This document shows, piece by piece, positions 1 through 10,684 of a DNA stretch of 64,000 bases (positions are counted from its first letter, which is position 1; every line of letters begins with the position of its first letter). The notes beneath the pieces were generated by a model, which did not search any database, was not told the origin of the DNA, and worked only from the letters and a program-made list of their open reading frames with translations. Source of the DNA: Entomortierella parvispora E1425 (taxonomy: Eukaryota > Fungi > Mortierellomycota); assembly GCA_020891255.1 (NCBI GenBank), contig BQFW01000004.1, positions 1,550,001 to 1,614,000 of the forward strand. The letters are read 5' to 3'. A program made the translations under genes and the position numbers.

Positions 1-995
1 GAAAATGCAGCTGCGAGGATGACAGAGCTCAGACTCAATAAGCTGCCAACGCCGCCTCATATTGTACGTAGTGTACAGTCTTTGCAGGAGATAGGATCGA
101 CTATTAAGGCCGCACTCGGAAGTGCCGCTGGCTCACATTCACATGCAACACCAAAACCTTCACACAAAACTGGCCACTATGGCCCAACTGTCTGCTGTTT
201 AAGGTGGTCCCCTAGTGGCGAACATCTCTTGGTTGGGTATCGGTCAGGAGAAACCAGGATTTATGAGACCGCTACCTGGGAATATGTGTCGCTGAAGAAT
301 ATGACGGGTGTTCTCAAGACAGCTTGCTGGTCCCCTGACGGCTTCAACCTCATCTTTACACTGGAAGGAGATGACCAGATCAGAGCTATTCATTTTGAAA
401 AGCGAAGCGGCGACTTGACTTGGATTCCTCTCAACTCACTCAAACTGACTCTTCAGCCGCGAGATATTGAAGCATTCCAAGAGTCCTTCGATCAAAATGG
501 TATTGAGGTCTTTGGGAGATCCCTTCAGGAGCTCGAGAATTTTGGACCTGTGGAGGAGCTGGCACTGGATCAAAACGGCGAGAGACTGGTGGTACGGTTC
601 CGGGATACGGATCTTTTAGGCGTGATCCTTGTGCGGCCAACAGGCTCGATGCTTCGCGATCTGGACATTTTCATGCCCATGGGATTTATTCAAGGACCTG
701 GGTGGAATGGAAAGGAGGTCGTTTCTCCGGCCGATGACGACGATGACGACGATGACGATACCACCGGAAGAGAACCCAAGGCAACGACGATGGCCTTCAC
801 CAGCCACTTCAAGGGCGGCTCTATGCTGGGCATTGTAAGTCTTAATAGCCTCCCTGGAATTTGACCTGCTTGCCAGAGCTCATATTAACCCCTCTCAACC
901 ATCGTTCATTTCCTCCACAATAGGCATGGGAGTCTGGTCGAATCAATTTTGTGCCGTTCTACTATCTCTCACAAAAAGACATTGACTCGTATTAG
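1..995 (+). CDS. AAAS: WD40 nucleoporin Aladin-like protein, 3' part (runs off the left edge); exons <1-834 and 924-995
   Basis: WD40 repeats (VCCLRWSPSGEHLLVG, LKTACWSPDG). A GT-AG intron at 835-923 gives the spliced C-terminus GSMLGI-AWESGRINFVPFYY, which resembles the Aladin C-terminal motif (human LLSVGWSTGRIAHIPLYF, from memory). Confidence 0.75.
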
Positions 996-1128
996 ACATC
1001 AAAAGAGAATTAAAAGAACCAAGCCCTATATCCATTTCACTTTCTTGACTTTCGTTCAGGAGTTGCTTTATTGTATGCAATTGCAACTGAATGCGATAAT
1101 GTACATGCTGTAAGCCAAAAACAAGTAT

Positions 1129-4100
1129 TTACAAAAAGAATGGGTCATCATTCTGTATATCAAGGTCAAACCCTTGCTCCTCAAACCAGTACAAGACGTC
1201 ACTCTTGGCCTGGTAAAGGGACTCTTCTGACATCCGGATGACTTTGAGGGGTGCAATTCGAGGTAACCACAGATTATTTTTAACATCAGATTGATCGTTG
1301 GTACCCATTGAGTCGCCATGTCCGCCGTCCTCCTCTTCCTCTTCCTCCTTTTCTCCTTCCACTCCATCAATCCGTCCATCTTCCTTACTCTCATCCCCGG
1401 CATCCTGGTCATTTTTGGATGACATATCGTCTAACACAACGCCTTCTGGAAATTCCAGACCGCGACCAAAGTGTTGTCCGATAAACTCAAGTTCCTCATC
1501 CCTGAAGGAAAGCCCTCTTGACATTGTTACATCCCAAACTTCAAGATTCTTTTGGAGGCCGGGGACAAGGAGATCCAAACCGTCCTGTAGCCGGATCCGA
1601 AAGTTCAGTGTTGCCATATTCAAGTGTCGCAGTCCCGAGAGCCGACCAAGTCGGTAGTAAAACGAGCGCAGATATGCCAGGTTTTCAGGGTTGTGGAACA
1701 AGCAGACGTGGCGACGGCTTGCAGGTGCTTGCTCATCACCACTACCGTCGCTGTCCTCCGAGTCCGAGCCCAGATCCGATCCCATGTCTGATCCAAAGTC
1801 TGACCCCGATTCCCAGTCCGCGAACGACTCGTGCATCTCCAAATCAGCCGGAGATTGTGGATCCTGAGCCTGGTCTGTTTCTGGTTCTTGTGGATCTTCG
1901 ATATTGTTGGGGTGGCCAGCTTCCTCTGCGTCCTGAGACTCTTGATTCGCCTCTGAAGCAAGTTCAGTTCGCTTGCAAGCTTCCACGGGTATCGAAATCT
2001 GAGGAAAACGTACCAGCTCCTCTCCTTCTTCATGTTGGTCGCGGAGGCTGGTGCTTCGTGAATCAATCTTGAGGGATGTTGAGGAGACATCCAGATGATC
2101 CAGACGAGTACCCACGGCCCAAGGTCCATTGAATAGCTGTATGCTCAGTCCATGACAATGTCGGATGCTCAATTGTTCCAGGCCGACGCAGGATCGTACA
2201 ATGGCACGCATACCACGATTGTGGATATGAGGGCACATTTGTAAGACTAGAGTTCGCAGTCCTCCGGGAACACTGAAGTCACCTTTTATGGTCTTCTCTG
2301 ACCCATCGTAGAGCAAAGCCTCGTCTCTCAACTCCAGTGCTTCTTGAGTATCCTCCACTGACCCAGGGAGAACTTCAGTCACATTTTCGGATGACTTTAG
2401 ATCTTGTTTCTGTCGGAGTCTCCTCTGCTCAGCCTTGACGTGATCTCTCCATGCCTCAGGAACGCCCAATCCAAGTCGTGCCATTCGTTGTCGTTGAACC
2501 TTAGCGAGAATCCAAAGAGCGTGGTCATCTATTGCCTCTGATTCCTCAATGACGATTCGTTGCAGAGCGGTTGCATACTGGAACAGATCCTGGATACCGG
2601 TATTTCGTAGCCCTGAGCAGAAAGATAAATCAATCTCGGTCAAGACGGTATTTGGTTGCAATCCTGAAGGAACTGGGACATCCCTCTTAAAGAACGCCTG
2701 GATCATCTCATCCGTAACATCGCTGTGATGCTGACACGACAGTGACTTCAGATCCCACTGTCCGTTTTGAATGAGGGAGATCAATCCTGCCCCCGTTGTG
2801 TTCGTCATATCAACGTTTATCTTTTCAACACCATATCTCAAAACTCCAAGATCGCTTCCTGTATTATTGCTGGGATGTTGATGGCCTTGCAGATTCTGTT
2901 GGTCCTCTTGGGTCGCTCTTCCCGCTTCAGAGATGGCGGCTTTACGGGTTCCAGTAGCGCACTCGATCAAAAAGGAGTCCGTGATGTCTGTTCCTTTTAA
3001 CATTAGCTGCTTCAGATTGGGGCAGACCTGCATCACCGCGATCAAGTCTTTGTCGGAGGTATCGCTGAGATGCTTCAGCTGTAAACATCGCAATTGTGGA
3101 CCCAGCAAAGCCACGACTGGAAGGCAAGATGTTCCCACTAGGTTGTTGCATCGATTCAGAATCAGAGTCTCAAGGAAGCGAGGAAAAGGTGTCCTGACTC
3201 CTTTGAATTTTGCGGGTCGAGTTGCGCCGCCTCGCCGGTGGACCGGGACTTCCAAGGCAACTGCAGCGACTGCATGAGATCCATTGGGCTGTGATGAACC
3301 GCCGCCTGCCGATGTCATGGGTGCTGAGGTTGCAACTCGTCTCCGAGATCCGAACACTGGTCCCGTTACAAGAGGCTCCTGCTCGGACTCTGTGGCCGTT
3401 GATGGGCCTGGACCAAAACTCTCGTACTGACTGTCGTGATCGTGCTCCGTCTCAGTTTCTGTCAGAGGATTCAATCCGCGGTATTTGTGTGGTCTACGGG
3501 GCTCATCCTGTTCACTTTGCGTTTCTTGGTTGTCCTTGACGTCTGTATCCTGGTCGCTATCGGATCGTTCGGAGTCAGCACTACCGTCAGCACCTTCCAC
3601 TCTACGGGGAGCGCGGCCTCTCTTCCTTTTGCCTTTCTCTTCTCTCCTCTTCCCGATCTCGTAGGGGTCTCCGTGGATCAGAACTCTCAGTGTTTCGACC
3701 GTGACGTTTGTTCCTGTAAGGTCCAGACTCTTCAGCTTGGTACAGTTTTCTGCAATCAACTCGAGATCACCATCCTGAATAGGCATCTCATGCAAGGCCA
3801 AGCTTGAAATGAAACGTCCATAGCGAATAAAGCCCATTCGGAATCCTTTGGCAGACTTCCATATGAAATTGTCGACTCCAGGCCTGGTCAACGAAATGTC
3901 TCGCCAGAGATGCGGTATGCATGCATGGTGAAAGGCACGGGAGACTTGGCACCCGCTGACGAGAGAAGGCGTGTCGAGGTATGAGATTATAAGAGAAAGA
4001 ATCTCCGGAAGCTCCAGTGGCGAGGTTGCTGGGGCTGCATCGCTAGCAGCATCAGCCAGAGGGCTGTCCTTGACCTGGTAGCTGTAGCAACAACAAGGAA

Positions 4101-4152
4101 TCAGCACAGGGCGAGCGTCAACATGTAATGGGCCAACAAGAAGAGACGGCAT
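1129..4152 (-). CDS. F-box / leucine-rich-repeat protein (1007 aa)
   Basis: N-terminal F-box (SPLELPEILSLIISYLDTPSLVSGCQVSRAFH) followed by Cys-containing LRRs (LKSLDLTGT, LETLILNRC, LTEIDLSFC, LRTLVLQMC) with acidic low-complexity inserts. Confidence 0.8.
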   Translation of the reverse strand: MPSLLVGPLHVDARPVLIPCCCYSYQVKDSPLADAASDAAPATSPLELPEILSLIISYLDTPSLVSGCQVSRAFHHACIPHLWRDISLTRPGVDNFIWKSAKGFRMGFIRYGRFISSLALHEMPIQDGDLELIAENCTKLKSLDLTGTNVTVETLRVLIHGDPYEIGKRREEKGKRKRGRAPRRVEGADGSADSERSDSDQDTDVKDNQETQSEQDEPRRPHKYRGLNPLTETETEHDHDSQYESFGPGPSTATESEQEPLVTGPVFGSRRRVATSAPMTSAGGGSSQPNGSHAVAAVALEVPVHRRGGATRPAKFKGVRTPFPRFLETLILNRCNNLVGTSCLPVVALLGPQLRCLQLKHLSDTSDKDLIAVMQVCPNLKQLMLKGTDITDSFLIECATGTRKAAISEAGRATQEDQQNLQGHQHPSNNTGSDLGVLRYGVEKINVDMTNTTGAGLISLIQNGQWDLKSLSCQHHSDVTDEMIQAFFKRDVPVPSGLQPNTVLTEIDLSFCSGLRNTGIQDLFQYATALQRIVIEESEAIDDHALWILAKVQRQRMARLGLGVPEAWRDHVKAEQRRLRQKQDLKSSENVTEVLPGSVEDTQEALELRDEALLYDGSEKTIKGDFSVPGGLRTLVLQMCPHIHNRGMRAIVRSCVGLEQLSIRHCHGLSIQLFNGPWAVGTRLDHLDVSSTSLKIDSRSTSLRDQHEEGEELVRFPQISIPVEACKRTELASEANQESQDAEEAGHPNNIEDPQEPETDQAQDPQSPADLEMHESFADWESGSDFGSDMGSDLGSDSEDSDGSGDEQAPASRRHVCLFHNPENLAYLRSFYYRLGRLSGLRHLNMATLNFRIRLQDGLDLLVPGLQKNLEVWDVTMSRGLSFRDEELEFIGQHFGRGLEFPEGVVLDDMSSKNDQDAGDESKEDGRIDGVEGEKEEEEEEDGGHGDSMGTNDQSDVKNNLWLPRIAPLKVIRMSEESLYQAKSDVLYWFEEQGFDLDIQNDDPFFL

Positions 4153-4346
4153 GGTACCTCTGAGGAGAGCTCATCTGTGGTTGTCAGTTCGATGGATTGG
4201 GCTTTGCAGAGACGTGATTAGACAGACAAGCAAAGAGTGAAGTGGGCGAGAGGAAGAGGGGACAGGACACCAAAAAGAAAGAAAGAAAGAAAAAAAAAAA
4301 GCATGTGTGACGGTCGTAATCAAAAGTAAAGTTTAATACAGTCGCC

Positions 4347-5045
4347 TCAGGGCTGCACCTGCACCTGCAACTGTTCCAATCCTGCCCGGATCCTCTGCGG
4401 GACCGGCACTGGCCGCCGGCTTTCATTGTTCACAAAGACGTGGCAAAAGTGCCCTGTCGCCGCAGCGTCGCCTTGGACCTGACTCGGCTCAAACTCTGAT
4501 GCGTCGAATGTCTTGCCCGTTGCAACAGACGAAGCAGCCTTGGAAAAGACGCCAGCCGAGGCTGGTGATGCCCCTGCACGACCCGTCGAAGCAGACCCGT
4601 CCTTTGCTAGCTTCTTAAAAATACCCACCTGGTACACAACGCTGGATTTGCCAAGCTTAATCACGGCCAAGCGGGCCTCGATCATGTCTGGGAACGACAG
4701 GGAGCTGAAATATTGGCAACCAGATTCGGCTACAACACCAATGGCGCTCTCCTTTGATTGCTCCAAAGGGTTGAGACCGGTCTCCTGGATCAAGAACGTG
4801 TTGATAACGGTGTCAAAGAGAGCGTAGTAGTGCGCATTGTTGAGGTGCCCATATTGATCGTTATCAGCCCACCGTGACTGGATGTCGAGAGCGTAGGGAT
4901 AGAAGGCACGGTCCTTGTTGGTGACTTTATATGATGACGACGAAGACGAGGACGTAAAGTTACGGGTAAGGGTCAACGTCGAAACGCGTGTGGAGGTCGT
5001 TCTCAGATGAGAAGAGATTTGAGCAATTCTGTGGATGGGGGCCAT
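4347..5045 (-). CDS. Hotdog-fold acyl-CoA thioesterase (4HBT/YbgC-like) with a predicted PTS2 peroxisomal signal
   Basis: Motif RWADNDQYGHLNNAHYYALFD and C-terminal GHFCHVFVNNESRRPVPVP. The likely start is the ATG at 5045 (MAPIHRIAQISSHL). Confidence 0.85.
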   Translation of the reverse strand: MAPIHRIAQISSHLRTTSTRVSTLTLTRNFTSSSSSSSYKVTNKDRAFYPYALDIQSRWADNDQYGHLNNAHYYALFDTVINTFLIQETGLNPLEQSKESAIGVVAESGCQYFSSLSFPDMIEARLAVIKLGKSSVVYQVGIFKKLAKDGSASTGRAGASPASAGVFSKAASSVATGKTFDASEFEPSQVQGDAAATGHFCHVFVNNESRRPVPVPQRIRAGLEQLQVQVQP

Positions 5046-6600
5046 GATGTTCTTGTTGCAAAGGTCGGTTGTCAGCTTCCTGCAGTGGATGAGGGAATGC
5101 ATGCGTCGACTTCATGCAGGCTGGACGCGAGCCGTCGGCGGTCGTGTGCAATTAATAACGATCTCTAATTGACAAACATGGCGACGCGTCTGATTGGCCG
5201 GAGCACGAGTGACTGCGAGAGATCCTTGATGTGGAGTCATGATTGCGAGGTCGGCGTCCCTCTTGAGGTCTGTCCCGATCGTCCTCACCTCTACACTCGC
5301 GACCCTTGGTTCGACAAGACAGGCGCTTCAATCACTCTTGACCCCGCACTCCCGTAGCCAATCCTCGCAGGCAAACCATGTTTTCGGTATCGTTTGCTTT
5401 TCGTTGTCGCTTTGGGCAAACAACCTTGCGCTTGTTTGATTTGGTTGGGACAAAGATTCCACAGAGACAGAGACAGAGACAGAGACAGGGAAAGAAACAA
5501 GGCGGGAGTGAGCTCCTGTCTCTTGCTTCCCCTCATTCGCACATGATAATGGAGGGGTTCATGAGGACAGAGGGCGAAGTCCGCGCGCATGGCCGTGAAC
5601 AGTCGCCTTCTCAATTTGTCACGGAAATAGTCTCTCCTCCCTCCCCCCCCTCGCATCGACCATTTTCATTTCTCCTCGTCGTTGCCATTGCCCGAGACCT
5701 AAAAGAACTAAACCAAACCGTGGAGCAGACTTTGAAGGCCTCTGTCAGGGGCCAAAGTCTTTCCAGCCGTTATCCTGTTATCTTTTCACTGGCGATAAGG
5801 GCAAAGACCCCTTTGTCCATTCTGTCTCTTTCTTTTTTCTTTCTTTCCTTCACCACCATCCCCCTTTCTCCATAATCTTTGTGCATCCACCCCACGCCCT
5901 CCCCGCTGCAGCCACTGCCGCACAATCGTTTCTTGCCCACAGACACAGACACAAGCACAAACACACAAACACCCTCCAGGAGTTCTAAAGCACATGCCAT
6001 TTTCACTCCCGCAACTCTCACCCTCTCCACCACCATTCTTTTCGCCAGTCTTCAAACTTTTGTTGTTTCCACTCTTTTCTTCTTGTTCACTTCCTTGACC
6101 ATCCTCTGTCTCCTCAACCACTACTTCAACCCTCTCGTTTCGGTGTCGAGAATACCTCCTTGTTTTTTCTTCTTCGACCAGCCAAAAGATCGCCTCCACC
6201 CTGGTTCACAATCGCGTCCCTCCTATCCAAACTGCCGATCCCTCTTTCACCCGCGCGGCAACACAACACAACCAGAAGCTGCAGTAAGTAAGCAAGTGGC
6301 TTCATCCCCTGCGTCTCCAAATCCCATCGGCAGCTGTGGCCTGTGTGATCTCATGATCGCGATAACAGAGCCAGTGACCTGTTGAACCTAACGATGGATC
6401 GGGCGAAATTCAGACAGCAATCGCTCGGGCCGATTATTATTTTTCGTTGTTCTTCTCGGTCGCACACGACTTTTTTTTTTTTTGGTCCTTGGACACAAAC
6501 AATGATGCTCCTACCTATCCCATGTTAGAAATTCTTATCGTCGTTACTCTTCCTTTCTTTTTCTTGCTTTCCATCAGCAGTCAGGAACCATCAACAGAAA

Positions 6601-7683
6601 ATGCTTCAGGACCTGGATTTGAATTCTCGAAAGGGCTGGTCCAAACCTGCGGACGCACTTGGCCTTTCAAACCCTTTAAGTCACCTTCCACAATCACAGC
6701 AAGTCCAGAGGCTTCAAGAGCAGATCGAGCTTCATCGTCAGTTCCAGAGAAGTGCCCAACAGGCCCATGCCAAAAGCAGAAAGAGTCTATCGAAAAGCAG
6801 CAGTGGAAGCGGTAACAGCAGAGGCAGCATTGAACAGGCAAACGGCCAAGGCAACGAGCCTAATACCCGAGACTTTTCAAGTTCTGGCAGTTTTCAACTG
6901 ACCAACGACAACCAAAAGAGTGATAGCGAGCCCAAGCGTTCAAGCAGCTTTGGTGGGTTCAACTCTCGGCCTAGAAGCAGTCAAGGGAACAGCAATGCAC
7001 TTCATCGGCATTCACTTCACTTTGGCAGCGGTGGACGTGTCCAACACATCAACATCCAGAACGATGACGATGACGATAGCTATATGAGCGGCGATGATCC
7101 CGAACAAGATTCGCAGCACCAACAGCAACTCAACCGACTGAGCAGCTCTAACAGCAGCAACAGCAGCAGTATAAGGGGCATGGACATCAAGATGCCTTTC
7201 AACAACAACGATCAAGGCGCTTTTCATCACCATCGAAGCATGTCTCATCCACACCTTACTCAAGGGTTCGCTCCTGGTGGTATCCATGGATTCACGCCGT
7301 TCAGTCCCGAATCGCCCATCTCGCCGTCCTCGCCAGGATCATTTACATCCGATAACAACAGCTTTTCCGGGTTCACTTTGGGGTTGATGAACCAACATGG
7401 CGCAGGAAATAATCAATCCTCTGGGTTCCACAACAATGGAGGGATCGAGTCTTCCTTGGCGTCCCTGGCTGCACTATCTGTTATGTCTTCAGCTCCCTCT
7501 TCCAACTTACCTAATGGACAAGTTCGTCGACCATCCAGTTCAGGGAGCTCATCCAGCAACTTTATGTCTACACAGAACCTCAATGCCGCATACCAAAGCC
7601 AAACTGCTCAAAACCCGCTCTTGCCCCAGCCCAACATGTTTACGTCTGCTCTTGGACAGCAACTTCAGAGGCAACAACAACAG

Positions 7684-7751
<68 letters not shown>

Positions 7752-8583
7752 ACAACAACAGTTCCAGCAGCAACCTCAGCATCAGCATCAGCAGCAACAA
7801 GGTCAGAATGAAAACAACCTGTCGTCTTATCATCAAATGAACTCTGGAGGTCCGTTCTCGTCTTCATTGCCTGTACAGTCAGCACTTTCGTCTTTTAGTC
7901 ATCATCAACAAGAGTATCTTCAGCACAATTATCAGCATCAACATCATAATTCCAACTACCAACCTCAATTCTATGACCACCAATCAGCACCCCAACAACA
8001 ACAACATCAGCAACAGCAACAGCATCACCAGCAACAGCAGCAACAGTCCCAGAAGCACGATTCTCAAGATGAGAGACAACGGTCTAGGAGCAAGAGTGCT
8101 TCATTGGTGATCCCGCCAGCACCACGGGTCATCCCTCCAAGACCTCCACAGACCTCGGCTCCTCGCAAGTACCATGGTCGGCAGTCCCGAAAGGCTCCCC
8201 CGCCAATCACAAATGTAGTCAAGGAGGTTGTTGCTCCGACACGTCGAATGGCCCACATCCTCTCTGAGCAGAAACGGAGAGAAAAAATTAATGGAGGCTT
8301 TGATGAACTGAAAGCAGTGATTCCAGAGTAAGTCTGTTGATGTTCACTCCACGAAAAGACTTGAGAGACGTAAAACAAGGTAAGCTAACATTCTCTTTTT
8401 GCGGCTTGTAGGTGTGCACAAAACACGGACTCGAAAGCATCGATCTTGAGAAAGGCGGTGGATTACATCCTGTTGCTAGAGGACGAGCTTCGAAGATACA
8501 CTGGCGGCTATGAAGGTCAAGAGGATGGAGGCGATGATTCTCAGCAAGGATATGACGATGATGGTGAACATGCGGAGGAGTAA
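6601..8583 (+). CDS. bHLH transcription factor with polyQ tracts; exons 6601-8327 and 8412-8583 (further 5' exon possible)
   Basis: The intron at 8328-8411 joins RRMAHILSEQKRREKINGGFDELKAVIPE to CAQNTDSKASILRKAVDYILLLEDEL, giving a complete bHLH. Stop codon TAA at 8581-8583. Confidence 0.85.
7671..7800 (+). repeat. CAG/CAA polyglutamine tract inside the bHLH gene (second tract about 7993-8046)
   Basis: Mixed CAG/CAA codon run is directly visible. Confidence 0.9.
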
Positions 8584-8894
8584 AGCTGTCAGATGTTGGT
8601 CAAATCGACGTTTTGGTTTCCCAAGATGAAAACGGACGAAACGAAAGAGACCGATCAAAATAAAAACGCGTGTCTTGCACTTGAAATTAAAAAACGGGAA
8701 AGAATCTCGTAGGGACAACAGGAGTGAGCGCACCCCAGGCCTCATCGGGATGCTGAGGAGAGTGACACGGGCCAGTTCATCTATTCATCCATGGCAAATC
8801 TCCGTTCTTTACTCTTTATTCTTTACTACCATCAATCACCACCGCCCATCATCAGCTCGCGCAACAAAAACTAACAAAAAAACCAAAAAACAGA

Positions 8895-9631
8895 GTGGAA
8901 ACGAGATCCCGAGTTTCATCAAGGCGGCGAGTCCTTGTTACCATCTCTGCCATTGTAATCCTTCGATTAACATTTCTGTACAGCCATATCGACCAAAAGG
9001 TCCCTCAGGACTCTTTGGATGCCCAGTCATCGAGGAAAGCAGGCATGCGGGAATGGTCCAGAGCGAAATTATCACTTTTTCGGAAATACCAGCATCCTAT
9101 TCAAGAAAAGTCACTGCTCGCCAAAACCAACCACGTGGCTTTCCAAGAGTTTCATTGCGGGGATTGTCTCCTCCAGATTGTCCTTCAGAGCGACCGAGGT
9201 GTGGAGTTTTGCCATGCAGCGTCTTCCGGGAAGAGCGATAAGGAGCCAGGAGCATCTGAAGACAAAGCCACCACCGGAACAGTCCAGCACAAGCACGGCA
9301 TCGCAGCTGTGCTTCCGAATCCTGCCAGAAACCCTGAGGCGCTGCAAAGGGTTCTTTCAGATCTCTATCGATACAACTATATGATCGGCAGCTGCGATTT
9401 CTCCATTGTAAACCCGGTGAATAACGAGTGGGTAGACTATGAGCTAAACAAGTTTGCAGAGCACGAAAAGTCCAGTGGACCCGTGCCTTTTCGTTGCTTC
9501 AACGACAAATTGAGAACACTGCCTGGGATTCTGTCAAGGCAAAGATGGGTCAATTCTTCAACAGTCGATTCAAGACTCCATGACCTTGGGAACACGAATA
9601 AAACAGCGTTCATTCCTTTTTGCCACCAAAC

Positions 9632-9668
<37 letters not shown>

Positions 9669-10390
9669 CCGACTCTGTACGACATTCTTCAACATCGATG
9701 CGAGGTAGGAGACCTCTCTCTTTCTATCGTTCATCCATCTCTTCCTCTTTCACTCGACCCATATTTTCTGCACCATGCGATGGGGCGTCGCCTTATTTCT
9801 GGTCATGAGCTGTCAGGGGTACCTTAACTCCTGTCGACAAAGCCAGCTTGCGCAAAAATCCTCGAGGAAAAGACTGCGCCAACTCTACCCCTCGGGACAA
9901 AAGAGTGGATTTTGAAGCATGTTCTTGACCCTTCCTTCCTTCTACCACAAACAGACGACTCTAAAGACAATCACCCCCCTTTCGATATGGTGTATACCTG
10001 GGTGAATGGATCTGACCCTACCTGGAGGCTCAGTAGAGATCATCGGTGGCTCGGAATAAGGTCTTTCTCGAGAATGGTGTCGATAAAAAAAAACTGACAG
10101 CGTGGTCCAGCCAACGTTGGCGGGATAACGATGAATTGAGGCACTCAATCAGGTCGACATTTCGATATGGTTCCTCCATCGTCAGAAAGATTCACTTCGT
10201 CACAGCTGATTACCCGGAGAAAGGGGCATTGATCTCGACGAATGGCGCTTCTTCGGACCAACCCTAGGACCCTTCCGACCAAACGTTTCAGGGGATTCAG
10301 ATCCAGACGTAGAACAAGGGCAGGTCCCAGACTGGCTGGATCGATCGGCAGAGTCGCGCAGGAGGGTGGACGATGTACATCACTCCATTC
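8895..10390 (+). pseudogene. Frameshifted, 3'-truncated Stealth-family (hexose/xylosyl-phosphotransferase-like) gene
   Basis: N-terminal membrane anchor. CR1 (FDMVYTWVNGSDPTW) and the two parts of CR2 (RWRDNDELRHSIRS...IHFVTAD and GQVPDWLD...VHHS) fall in three different frames. No CR3/CR4 is seen before the Crinkler gene. Confidence 0.7.
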
Positions 10391-10684
10391 AAGTGAACAG
10401 GGAGGGAAATCAATTGTCAGTAGAGGAAGATGGGAGGAACAAGGGAGGCAGAAGAGAGGCAGAAGAGAGGAAGAAGGGGCAGAAGCGATGCGATGGAGCG
10501 AAAGCTACTGAGATGGAAGAGAAAAGAAAGTAGAGAAGCGGAAACCCCGTTTCCCTGCCCATGCAGGACTGTATGTATTTTTTATTTTATCATTTTATCA
10601 TTTGAGGAAATGCAAGGTACCCACAGAGACAATAGAAAGGGTTTCCTTGAGCGACTTTAATGAAAAAATGACGGAGCAAGATGC

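Noticed and set aside
7397-7885. Poly-L, poly-A/V and poly-S/N ORFs
   Set aside because: These are alternative-frame and antisense shadows of the polyQ tract.
9630-9705. Poly-A run followed by MAPTLYDILQ, read as a retrocopy tail or DnaJ start
   Set aside because: Long A/T runs are common throughout this window, and no HPD motif or J-domain helices follow.
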